Virus record (IMG/VR): IMGVR_UViG_3300027899_000001
Coordinates: 310,001-374,000 of that record
Strand: one strand, 5' to 3'
Length of the DNA: 64,000 nt
Shown here: piece after piece, positions 27,903 through 36,813 of the stretch
Layout: each line of letters starts with the position of its first letter
Position numbering within the stretch: position 1 is the first letter of the stretch
Notes under the pieces: generated by a model
Told to the model about the DNA's origin: nothing
Seen by the model: only the letters and a program-made list of their open reading frames with translations
Databases searched by the model: none
Made by a program: the position numbers and the translations under genes

Positions 27903-28103
27903 TTATTCTTCTTTTATATAAGCGTTTTTTACTTTAACGTTTTTCTTTACAGCATTTATAAACTGCCATGGATTTTCAATTCCATAAATTTCTTTTCTAT
28001 AATTATTATCATATATTATGACTACACAATATGTAACAGGTTTAAGAGGCACATACCCATTAAAAAAGGATTTTGGATTATATGATTTAAAAAAATCACT
28101 CAT
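27903..28103 (-). CDS. Hypothetical protein
   Basis: ORF track. Confidence 0.55.
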   Translation of the reverse strand: MSDFFKSYNPKSFFNGYVPLKPVTYCVVIIYDNNYRKEIYGIENPWQFINAVKKNVKVKNAYIKEE

Positions 28104-28441
28104 TTATGTACTTTAAATCCTTTATCTTTTAGTAGTGCTTGTATACCAGATCTATACCAACTAAACGCAGTTTGAGGATTACCTTTAACTGTAATATATT
28201 TTGTAATAAAATCTCCTATTTTTTGATCATATTTATGAGGAAACCAGTTATCAGCAGATCTTATTATATCTTCAGGAATTTCACGTGTTTCTAAGATTTG
28301 ATGTAAATGATCTACTATCCATTTATCTAATTCTAACCAAGTATTAAAATCGCGATGTACATAAAGTCCAATTCCCATATCTTCTATAGGATCCGATTCT
28401 TCTTTAAATACTTCATTTATATTTTCTCTAACTAATTTCAT
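28100..28441 (-). CDS. DPIxDMGIG-motif family protein
   Basis: MKLVRENINEVFKEESDPIEDMGIG. Confidence 0.75.
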   Translation of the reverse strand: MKLVRENINEVFKEESDPIEDMGIGLYVHRDFNTWLELDKWIVDHLHQILETREIPEDIIRSADNWFPHKYDQKIGDFITKYITVKGNPQTAFSWYRSGIQALLKDKGFKVHK

Positions 28442-29262
28442 TCGTAAAAAGGCATTTTAACTTTACAAATCTTTCTAATTTTCGCTTCAGTAATTCCATA
28501 ATGCATAGACATACAAACAGTTCCATCTATTCTTTTTGGAAATCCTTTTAATGATCTTATATCGTTATCTGATGCATTAAAATCTTCTTTTACATATTCA
28601 GGAAATCCTATGCATGATTGTATAGTTCCTGGAACACAAAAATTTCCATACACATGGTGAAATTTAATATATTCAGGAAGTTTTTTATATTTTGGATAAG
28701 TATTTCTAACACAATATAAATTTACTTGACCTTGTACTGTAATGCTTAAATCTTTATTTATAGTATAATCAATAATATTCATTTCTTTAAGCCAATCTTT
28801 AATCTTTTTAATGATTCCTATACCCATGTCTTGAATAGGATCAGTATCTTCAGCAAATTTTTCATTAACTGATTCATTTATTTTTAATACATCAAAATAT
28901 TCGTCCCAAACTTCTATAGGGGCAGATCCATATGTATAATAATATCCTCCCGAATCTATATACCTTCTTGCTGTTATAGCGTTCTGCACATTATCTCCAA
29001 AATTAATTATTACTAAACTTAAAATATTTTTTTCTTTGTTTACTTCTTTAACTATACTAGTATTGCCTTTACGAATTCTTGCGGTGACCTTTTCAATATT
29101 TTCGTCAAAAATAATATCATTGTTTTTTTGATATAAATCTTGTTTAACTATAATTATATCTCCTTTCTTTATTCTCGTAAATTTAGATCCAATACCTAAA
29201 TCCCATATGGGATCAGTTCCTTGTTCAAATTTTTCATTTATATGTTCTTTTACTATTTTCAT
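28438..29262 (-). CDS. DPIxDMGIG-motif protein with two motif-headed domains
   Basis: Motif at N-terminus and internally (NEKFAEDTDPIQDMGIG). Confidence 0.8.
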   Translation of the reverse strand: MKIVKEHINEKFEQGTDPIWDLGIGSKFTRIKKGDIIIVKQDLYQKNNDIIFDENIEKVTARIRKGNTSIVKEVNKEKNILSLVIINFGDNVQNAITARRYIDSGGYYYTYGSAPIEVWDEYFDVLKINESVNEKFAEDTDPIQDMGIGIIKKIKDWLKEMNIIDYTINKDLSITVQGQVNLYCVRNTYPKYKKLPEYIKFHHVYGNFCVPGTIQSCIGFPEYVKEDFNASDNDIRSLKGFPKRIDGTVCMSMHYGITEAKIRKICKVKMPFYE

Positions 29263-29286
29263 ATATTCTATTTATCTAACAAAACA

Positions 29287-29316
29287 AAAGGCCAAGATTA
29301 TAAAACCTTGGCCTTT
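29287..29316 (-). terminator. Intrinsic terminator after long Y-like RNAs
   Basis: AAAGGCCAAG...CTTGGCCTTT plus T-run. Confidence 0.8.
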
Positions 29317-29325
29317 CAATATCGT

Positions 29326-29583
29326 CTGAGAAAAATTAGGAAGCGTGTTTTTATAAGTTGTCTCTTATGCTCTAACCTACTTATCAATCTGTCCTGTACG
29401 TGATTAAAAGACGCCTAAGACACCGCACCTTCGGGAATTACGGCCCTTTCGGGAAAATTGATGTTCAGAATCAAGAGCGCTGTCATAGTTTGAATTTATC
29501 TAGGTTGCCGAAATCCATCAGCTGGGTTTTAACTATGTTGCCATAGAAAAAAGGTTTCGAAGTACCGCTTGACCTTACTACAG
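29326..29583 (-). ncRNA. Long Y-like RNA (258 nt) with unknown multibranch insert
   Basis: CTGTAGTAAGG..TACTTCGAAACC 5' motif, TTCTCAG 3' motif, several GNRA-capped hairpins. Confidence 0.65.
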
Positions 29584-29600
29584 ATGTTGTTTAAAATATA

Positions 29601-29826
29601 ACTGAGAATTGTTGTTTTGTGCGTTTTAAGGAATTATCTTTCCGAAAATCGTTGCGGTGATTTTCAATACCGTGCTGTGTTGTGTAGGCCGAAGCCGCAA
29701 ACCTTGAGCGTTATTTAACTGATTTAATTGGCATTGCTGCCGATCAATAGTATGACTCTTTCGAGCCAGAAGTTGCCGAGGCAACGTTTTGTTGGTTTCG
29801 AAGTATCACAAAAACTTCACTACAGT
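29601..29826 (-). ncRNA. Long Y-like RNA (226 nt) with tetraloop-rich insert
   Basis: ACTGTAGTGAAG..TACTTCGAAACC; GGCTC-GAAA-GAGTC, GGCA-GCAA-TGCC, GGC-TTCG-GCC; TTCTCAGT. Confidence 0.65.
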
Positions 29827-29942
29827 TTTATTATTAAAAATTTTAAAGAACTTTTATATACTATATATGGATTTAAAAAGTATTAGTTTTATAACTTAAT
29901 GCATTTATTTCATTAATATATAAAATAAAAGTAGTAAGTTTT

Positions 29943-30518
29943 ATGATTAAAGAAGAAAAACATCATTATGTATATTTAACTACTAATCTTATCAATGGTA
30001 AACAATATATTGGTGATAGAACATGTAAATGTAATCCTGAAAATGATAAGTATTTAGGAAGTGGCAGACCATATTTTCAAAATGCTATTAAAGAATATGG
30101 AAAAAATAATTTTAGCAAACAAATACTTGAATGTTTTAATACAAGAGAAGAAGCTTTTAATGCCCAAGAAAAATATATTATACAATATAATACGCTTATT
30201 CCTAATGGATATAATATAAGTCCTAAAGGTGGCCATAATGTTAAAGAATGTTGGAGCAAAGAATCTAAAGAAAAATGCAGTAACACTAAAAAAGGAAAAA
30301 TTGGATATTGGAAAAATAAAAAATTATCAGAAGAACATATTAAACATTTAAAAGAAAATCATAAAGGAATGTTAGGAAAATATCATTCAGATGATTCTAA
30401 ATTACAACTTAGTAATTCAATGAAAATCAAAAATAACGGAAAAGAAACAGAAGAACATAAACAAAAAATAAAATTAAGTATGCAAAATTATTGGGCAAAA
30501 AAGAAATTAGTGCATTAA
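29943..30518 (+). CDS. GIY-YIG homing endonuclease with NUMOD3-like repeats
   Basis: YVYLTTNLINGKQYIG, YLGSG, GYNISPKGG; opposite strand. Confidence 0.85.
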   Translation: MIKEEKHHYVYLTTNLINGKQYIGDRTCKCNPENDKYLGSGRPYFQNAIKEYGKNNFSKQILECFNTREEAFNAQEKYIIQYNTLIPNGYNISPKGGHNVKECWSKESKEKCSNTKKGKIGYWKNKKLSEEHIKHLKENHKGMLGKYHSDDSKLQLSNSMKIKNNGKETEEHKQKIKLSMQNYWAKKKLVH

Positions 30519-30522
30519 TTTT

Positions 30523-30735
30523 CTATCTTGTAATTGCAACATCTCCAGTAGAACTTATAACTACAACATAATGTGTATTATTCATATCTAGTTGATAAAC
30601 TGAAGCTTTTCCATCTAACGTTGTAACTTTATAAGAAGATTGCGGGGGTGCTACAACTTTAGTTGCAGCAAATACAGTTATAGCAAAAAGTAAAACAAGT
30701 GTTACTAAAACAATAATAAATTTTGGAGTTTTCAT
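30523..30735 (-). CDS. Small secreted/membrane protein
   Basis: Signal peptide. Confidence 0.55.
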   Translation of the reverse strand: MKTPKFIIVLVTLVLLFAITVFAATKVVAPPQSSYKVTTLDGKASVYQLDMNNTHYVVVISSTGDVAITR

Positions 30736-30736
30736 G

Positions 30737-31951
30737 TTATTTTATATTAAGTTGATATTTACAAAATTCTATCATTTTTTCATCTCCTGTATGTTTTCCT
30801 TCTGAATCAGACAATTTAATACAAGGTACCCATTCATCGTCAGGATCAGGTTTTGCTGCAATTAGTTTAATAACCATATTAAGTGGGTTAACTCCAACAT
30901 CATTAGATAAATTTGTGCCTATTCCCATTGCGCATTTAATTTCTTTATTACATGATTTTGTTAATTCAATTGCAAGATCAGGATTAAGATTATCTGAAAA
31001 AATTATAGTTTTATCATTGGGGTCAATTCCCATACTTTGATAATGTTTAATAACTTTTTCTGCAAAATGAAATGGATTTCCACTATCATGTCTTACACCA
31101 TCAAAAAGCTTTGAGAATTTTTTTCCAAATGATTTAAAGAATGATTCTGTTGTAAATGTATCTGTAAGAGCAATTCCAAGATCACCTTGATAAACATTTG
31201 ACCAGTTTTCAAGAGCTAAAAAATTTGCTTGTTTAAATCCATATTTTGCAGCATGAAACATAAACCATTCATGTGCATGAGTTCCTATTGGAGTAAGATT
31301 AAACATATGAGCAAAGTGTACATTAGAAGTTCCATTAAAATTATCTCTCATACTAAATGCTAAATCTTCTACAACTTCTTTTTGATTTTCATATGAATAT
31401 CTTCTACGAGTTCCAAATTCAGAAATCTTAACTCCATGATTATTAAATAATGCAGCTTTTTTTAGATTATTTTGTTCTCTTTCTACTCTTGAATTTATTT
31501 TTTCTCCCGTCATTTTAAAATACAATTCAGATATAAGAGCAAGAAGTGGAACTTCCCAAAGAATTGTACGATACCAGTAGCCTTCTACAGTTACTTGAAG
31601 TTCACTTCCATTTTGTATAACTCCAACTTCTGAAGGATTATATCTATATCCTGCCAAAAAATCAAAATACGCAGGATCGATATATTTACATTTAGTTTCA
31701 AAGAAGTGTTTTTCTGCAGTCAAAAGTTTAAGAGAAGACATATGAGAAATTTGTAATCTTAGTTCTTCTGCAAATCCTTCTGGAAAATTTACTTTTGAAC
31801 GAACTATTAATGCATATTTAACTTTTGCTCTTGGAAAAAGTTTTAACACTGCATTCATCATACTAAATTTATAAAGATCGTTATCGAGTATTGATGTAAT
31901 TATAGGTTCCATTTTATATTTTTTTAGCATGAAAATAAGTGACTCCATCAA
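30737..31951 (-). CDS. pncB: Nicotinate phosphoribosyltransferase
   Basis: SILDNDLYKFSM, EFGTRRR, GTHAHEW, LTDT, GVRHDSG, KLSDSEGK. Confidence 0.95.
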   Translation of the reverse strand: MMESLIFMLKKYKMEPIITSILDNDLYKFSMMNAVLKLFPRAKVKYALIVRSKVNFPEGFAEELRLQISHMSSLKLLTAEKHFFETKCKYIDPAYFDFLAGYRYNPSEVGVIQNGSELQVTVEGYWYRTILWEVPLLALISELYFKMTGEKINSRVEREQNNLKKAALFNNHGVKISEFGTRRRYSYENQKEVVEDLAFSMRDNFNGTSNVHFAHMFNLTPIGTHAHEWFMFHAAKYGFKQANFLALENWSNVYQGDLGIALTDTFTTESFFKSFGKKFSKLFDGVRHDSGNPFHFAEKVIKHYQSMGIDPNDKTIIFSDNLNPDLAIELTKSCNKEIKCAMGIGTNLSNDVGVNPLNMVIKLIAAKPDPDDEWVPCIKLSDSEGKHTGDEKMIEFCKYQLNIK

Positions 31952-32381
31952 TTTCTGTCATATCAAGAATTTTAAATTGATATGCACTAAATAATGCTGT
32001 TACAATTCTTGGTGTTAACGATCTATCAATTTTATTATCTAATAAATTAAATATAACATCTATAAGCTTTCCATATAATATATGAGTTTTTAAACTCAAC
32101 ATAGGTTTACTTGCTATAAATTTTCCATATACATAAGTATTCTTTTTTAAAAGATTATTAAAATCTTTAATAGTATCGTCTAAATATTTAATTTCATTTA
32201 ATTTTTTAAGATGAACAAGCGTTTTAATTCCTTTTAGTTCATCTTTATCATAGAAATAAAAATGTTTTCCCGAAAGAAATAAAACTTTTTCATCTTTAAC
32301 TTTTTTATGTTTTTGCACATATGCATGCATAACATGATCATATGTTTCATCTTTATATTGAATATCATTAAAACTTTTCAT
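31914..32381 (-). CDS. Hypothetical protein
   Basis: ORF track. Confidence 0.55.
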   Translation of the reverse strand: MKSFNDIQYKDETYDHVMHAYVQKHKKVKDEKVLFLSGKHFYFYDKDELKGIKTLVHLKKLNEIKYLDDTIKDFNNLLKKNTYVYGKFIASKPMLSLKTHILYGKLIDVIFNLLDNKIDRSLTPRIVTALFSAYQFKILDMTEIDGVTYFHAKKI

Positions 32382-32383
32382 TA

Positions 32384-32749
32384 TTATCTTATTCTAAATG
32401 TATCAAAAAATGTTCTAAACGATAGTCTTTTTTTCAAAATTATTGTTTCAGATACGTATTGAGTATCATTTTCATAATATTTTGTTCCTTTAGGAATTAT
32501 GAATTTAAATACAGTTAAGTAAGAATGAGCATCATCTGCCGCAATTTTAAAACTTTTATATGAATGATAGCCTATGTTAATAGAAACTTGATCATAATAA
32601 AAAGTAGCATCAAATTCTACTTTTTTATTTAAAAGATTTTTAGTATATTGAAAATCTGTAAACCAAGATATTCCTCTTCTAGTCATAGTTTTATAACAAA
32701 CTATATCTTTTTTTGCTGTTTTAAGAACATTTTTTCCAGTAAAACACAT
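32384..32749 (-). CDS. Hypothetical phage protein
   Basis: TAKKDIVCYK...GYHSY...FIIPKGTKYY. Confidence 0.6.
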   Translation of the reverse strand: MCFTGKNVLKTAKKDIVCYKTMTRRGISWFTDFQYTKNLLNKKVEFDATFYYDQVSINIGYHSYKSFKIAADDAHSYLTVFKFIIPKGTKYYENDTQYVSETIILKKRLSFRTFFDTFRIR

Positions 32750-32760
32750 ATTTTTAATTT

Positions 32761-33665
32761 TTAAAAGATTAGACTTCCTTCATCATCCCAACGACAATAT
32801 AATTTACTATTTTCTCTTAAGATAACATATTTAAGAGATTCGTTATTGCCTTTAGACATACAATCATCATCAATAACAACTGACATTCCATTTATAGAAT
32901 AAACTTTTGCACCAAACGGAAGAGTATAAAGAAATTCACCATTTCCCGCCTTTTTAGGAAACATTCTCTCAGTTCCTATATATGCATTTTCTCCTGTAAT
33001 ATATTTCTTAATAGCACTTATAGTTTCGTCTTTACATGCATTTTCTTTAACCCATTCACCTTCGTCATTTATAATAAATCCATCTTTATCTAACTCATAA
33101 TATATTTTTCTAAAAGTAACTTGATTTGCACCAAGAAATTTACATCTAGCTATAATTTCTTTTGGAGTATGATTATCATATTCTTTTAACATATTAAGAC
33201 TTAAACGAATATTAAATCCTCGTGATTTAAGTAAAGAAATTAATTCTGATAAGTTAAATTTTAATTTTTTAGAAACTCCAATTATATTTAAATTATTTTC
33301 ATCAGAAAAAATATCAGCAACAGAAAGACTTATCGTATTTACTTGAAGTTTTTGTAATAATCAATATTATCATCATCTAATAATACTCCAGTAGTTTGTA
33401 ACTCAACATTAGGAAATGGATAATTTAAATCTTTAAATAAAACAGATAAAACTTTTAAGAAATTTGTATTTTGCAAAGCTTCTCCTGTTCCTGTAAGAAT
33501 ACAAGTATTTACTCCATTCATTACAGCATACTTAATACGTTTTTCTATTTGAATATACATAAAAGTATCTTCATATGGAGAATCATGCATTCTACTTACA
33601 CAAAATGGACATTTATTTACACAACTTTTTGTAGGAACTACGATAGAAATTGTCTAAATGTTCAT
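32761..33665 (-). pseudogene. Radical SAM protein interrupted by TAG at codon 4 and a 1-nt frameshift near 33360
   Basis: MNI*TISIVVPTKSCVNKCPFCVSRMH (CxxxCxxC), LTGTGE, ELQTTG; continues in the -1 frame LQKLQVNTISLSV into ORF 32761..33192. Confidence 0.75.
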
Positions 33666-33731
33666 ATATTAATTATTATTGTGTAAATATAATACTAATT
33701 TCTGAATTAAAAAAATATTTTGCTATTTATT

Positions 33732-34382
33732 TTAAATATTTCCTATAAAAGAAAGTGTAAGAGAATCTACATAATAAACTTTAGCTTGTGTAAAAGCTTC
33801 TATAGTTTCTGACAAATCTGAATTTATTGATTTACACGCATCTTCAATAACATATGTATTAAAACCTTCCATTGCTGCATCTATTGCAGTTTCTTTCACA
33901 CAATAATCTAGAGCTAAACCACATACGTAAACTTCAACTACATTTCTTTCATTAAGAAAATCTTGAAGTTTTTTAGGAGCATCTGGATTTATTATTTTTG
34001 ATCTATCAAATGCACTATAAACATGATTATTCCTTTCCATGCCTTTTTTAAAGATATAAAAATCTTTTTTGCATTTTGATAAATTCAGATCTGGATGAAA
34101 TGAAGCACCTAATGTATCTGCTACACAATGATCAGGCCAAAGAATATCTTTTTCTCCATTTTCTCTTACGTAACTATCGTAAACAGAAGCTCCGGGATGT
34201 TGTGAGGCGAAAGCATCCATTTCTGGATCATGCCAATCTTGTGTAAATATAACTAAATCAAATCTTTCAAGGAGATCATTAACTACGGGTACAATTTTGT
34301 CTCCATCTGGTACTGCTAGTGATCCTCCAGGGCAAAAATCTCTTTGCAAATCGATCACTATTAATGCTTTTTTCTTTATCAT
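33732..34382 (-). CDS. pncA: Nicotinamidase
   Basis: VIDLQRDFCPGGSLAV, TQDWH, WPDHCV, GLALDYCVKETA. Confidence 0.95.
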   Translation of the reverse strand: MIKKKALIVIDLQRDFCPGGSLAVPDGDKIVPVVNDLLERFDLVIFTQDWHDPEMDAFASQHPGASVYDSYVRENGEKDILWPDHCVADTLGASFHPDLNLSKCKKDFYIFKKGMERNNHVYSAFDRSKIINPDAPKKLQDFLNERNVVEVYVCGLALDYCVKETAIDAAMEGFNTYVIEDACKSINSDLSETIEAFTQAKVYYVDSLTLSFIGNI

Positions 34383-34538
34383 ATCATCTTATAGTTTGAA
34401 TTTCATATTCATCATATCCATCTCTTGATTCATCTGAATCTATACATACAATTTCTAATCCAAATGATTGTAAAGCGTCTGATATATTGTCTACAATTTC
34501 ATCAGCTCTATCATCATAATCTACTCTAAATTTTGATT

Positions 34539-35474
34539 TCATAATTCTTCCTTTTTATTTTTAACATATCTATTGTATATACTATTTTCATTTTCTATTA
34601 TATCGTGTCTATATATATTGACAGGATTATTTCTTTTGAATTGAGATTTTAAATGTCGTTGAATGACAGAGTGTTGACGCATTTTATTAATTTCATCCAT
34701 ATATACTGCATTAACAGTTGGTGAATGTTTTTCAATAAAGTCTAAATATTCTTTAAGTATTCTATCAACTTCTTTATAACCATCTCTAGAATTTCCTGTC
34801 CAGTCTGGCATTATTTGTCCAAGATCTCCAAGATTTGTAACTCCAAGGCCATCAGTTGCAAGTGCAGTTATCGTATTTATTATTGTACTTCCTGCTTCAT
34901 AATTTCCAGCATATTCATTCATAGTTAACCATTCTGCCATATCATATACTTCTGTTTTCCAAAGATTTTGTATCATACCATAATCACCTACATCACCATG
35001 AAGAGTCCAAAAACCAAGAAGAAATTCTGTATAATTATCAGTAGAAAGAACTATTCCACGATGATATGAAGCTAAATCATACAAATAAATCATACGCAGT
35101 CTTGCTTTAAGATTTCCATTACGTATACGACTTGATGAACCTTCAGGATTAGGCGCATGAAACAGCATATTAGATTCCATTTTGGAATACATAAAATTAT
35201 ATTCTTCTTCAACGCTATGCTCTAAGAATTTTGTACAAAATACTTTTCCTGTTAATTTGGCTCTTTCTAATTCTTCTGGTTGATTTGAACTTACTGGCAA
35301 ACTTCTTCCTATAAGTGGAATATTTAATTCATCACAAACTGGTCTAGCAAGTGCTGCGCAAAGACAACTATCTATTCCACCTGAAATCCCTATAATAAGA
35401 GACTTTATATTATTGTTTGTAATATACAGACTTAATTCTTTTCGAATATTCGATACTGCTATTTGATAATTCAT
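34539..35474 (-). CDS. nadE: NH3-dependent NAD synthetase
   Basis: GISGGIDS, NLKARLRM, STDNYTE, FWTLHGD, KTEVY. Confidence 0.9.
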   Translation of the reverse strand: MNYQIAVSNIRKELSLYITNNNIKSLIIGISGGIDSCLCAALARPVCDELNIPLIGRSLPVSSNQPEELERAKLTGKVFCTKFLEHSVEEEYNFMYSKMESNMLFHAPNPEGSSSRIRNGNLKARLRMIYLYDLASYHRGIVLSTDNYTEFLLGFWTLHGDVGDYGMIQNLWKTEVYDMAEWLTMNEYAGNYEAGSTIINTITALATDGLGVTNLGDLGQIMPDWTGNSRDGYKEVDRILKEYLDFIEKHSPTVNAVYMDEINKMRQHSVIQRHLKSQFKRNNPVNIYRHDIIENENSIYNRYVKNKKEEL

Positions 35475-35482
35475 ATTATTTT

Positions 35483-35716
35483 TTATTTACGTATTATCCA
35501 AAATAATAACCAAAGTATAGTCGTGGGTATCCAAATTGCCCAAGTAAATATTGAAAATTTTTCACTATTTTTTGCCCAACATAAAAATGTTAAAATAGCA
35601 GAAGTAGCACTCATTAAAAATAATACACCTGGATAAATAGGGATAAAAAGATTTCCTACTATTAAAATTACAGTAGTAATTATTAAAGCCATTGTGAAAT
35701 TTTCAAAAATTTTCAT
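35483..35716 (-). CDS. Membrane protein
   Basis: Hydrophobic ORF. Confidence 0.55.
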   Translation of the reverse strand: MKIFENFTMALIITTVILIVGNLFIPIYPGVLFLMSATSAILTFLCWAKNSEKFSIFTWAIWIPTTILWLLFWIIRK

Positions 35717-35743
35717 ATTTATTTGTGTTTAATTATTAAAAAA

Positions 35744-36247
35744 TTATAAATCATTTTCTTTGTGTTTACACCAAGTTAGATATTCATCTTGATCTCTTAT
35801 CCATTGTAATAATTCTGGATCAGTAACTTGTTCATGTTCTATTTTAGACCATAATTCGTTATCTCTTTCATTTTTATCATATTGATTAACGAAATATATT
35901 TTCTTAATTCCCGCTGCTATTATATTTTTCAAACATTCACTGCAAGGTTCAAGTATACAATAAAGTTCTGCTTCTTCAATAGCAATTCCATGTTTGGCTG
36001 CAAAATTAATAGCATTCATTTCAGCATGAACCTCATATTTTTTAGACCAATTATGATGGGCTTCTCTATCAGTTAGAAAATTATAATTAGGAAAATGATC
36101 ACAACAATTTTCAAATCCTTTAGGTGTCCCATTTATTCCCGTGGAAATAATTCTTCTATCATGAACAATAAGAGCTCCCACTTGTCTTGAGACACATTTA
36201 GATTCTTGTCCAAGTAAATATGCTGTTTTAAGAAAGAAATGTTTCAT
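35744..36247 (-). CDS. dCMP deaminase
   Basis: SKCVSRQVGA, HAEMNAI, PCSEC. Confidence 0.9.
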   Translation of the reverse strand: MKHFFLKTAYLLGQESKCVSRQVGALIVHDRRIISTGINGTPKGFENCCDHFPNYNFLTDREAHHNWSKKYEVHAEMNAINFAAKHGIAIEEAELYCILEPCSECLKNIIAAGIKKIYFVNQYDKNERDNELWSKIEHEQVTDPELLQWIRDQDEYLTWCKHKENDL

Positions 36248-36495
36248 TTGAATTCTGCTTCTAAATTTCTTAAATGTTCATTAGTATATTCGTATTCTAT
36301 TTTATCTTCATAATCATAAAGATATATTTTATCTTTACATACTTTTGTTATTTTACACTTAAAATTTTTCCAAGAATAACAATTATATAAATTATCTACA
36401 ACTCCTGACCAATTATATTTTTTACCTTCAACTAGTTGAAAACCATCATGAGTTACAAATATCTTTTTGGGTTTTTTCTTAAATGGATTTTTCAT
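36244..36495 (-). CDS. Hypothetical protein
   Basis: ORF track. Confidence 0.55.
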   Translation of the reverse strand: MKNPFKKKPKKIFVTHDGFQLVEGKKYNWSGVVDNLYNCYSWKNFKCKITKVCKDKIYLYDYEDKIEYEYTNEHLRNLEAEFK

Positions 36496-36695
36496 GGTCT
36501 TAAGCTTTTTTGTTCATTTTCTTCTCCATCGCCATCCATTAAAGTAGCAATCATGTTAATAGATTCAAGAATAGATTGTCTTAACATTTTAATCCAAGTT
36601 TCATAATCCTCTACTTTTGTGATATTAGGACGAATTGTTACGTTTTTTAGATTTTCACAAACAGTTTTAAGCACTTTCTTTTCTAACTTTTCCAT
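36492..36695 (-). CDS. Hypothetical protein
   Basis: ORF track. Confidence 0.55.
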   Translation of the reverse strand: MEKLEKKVLKTVCENLKNVTIRPNITKVEDYETWIKMLRQSILESINMIATLMDGDGEENEQKSLRP

Positions 36696-36813
36696 ATTGT
36701 TATTTGTTTATTATAATGCTAATATATAAAAAATATGAATACGATGTGATTTTTTGTTGTTAATTTTTTGTTAAAAAAGCAAAAGGGAGAATTTCTTCTC
36801 CCTTTCTATTCTA

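Noticed and set aside
29326-29583. SAM-I riboswitch or hammerhead in the long Y-like insert (CTGATGG, CGGCAACC, GAAA)
   Set aside because: Core motifs incomplete or out of order (no CUGAnGA core, no AUC..GAU P1).
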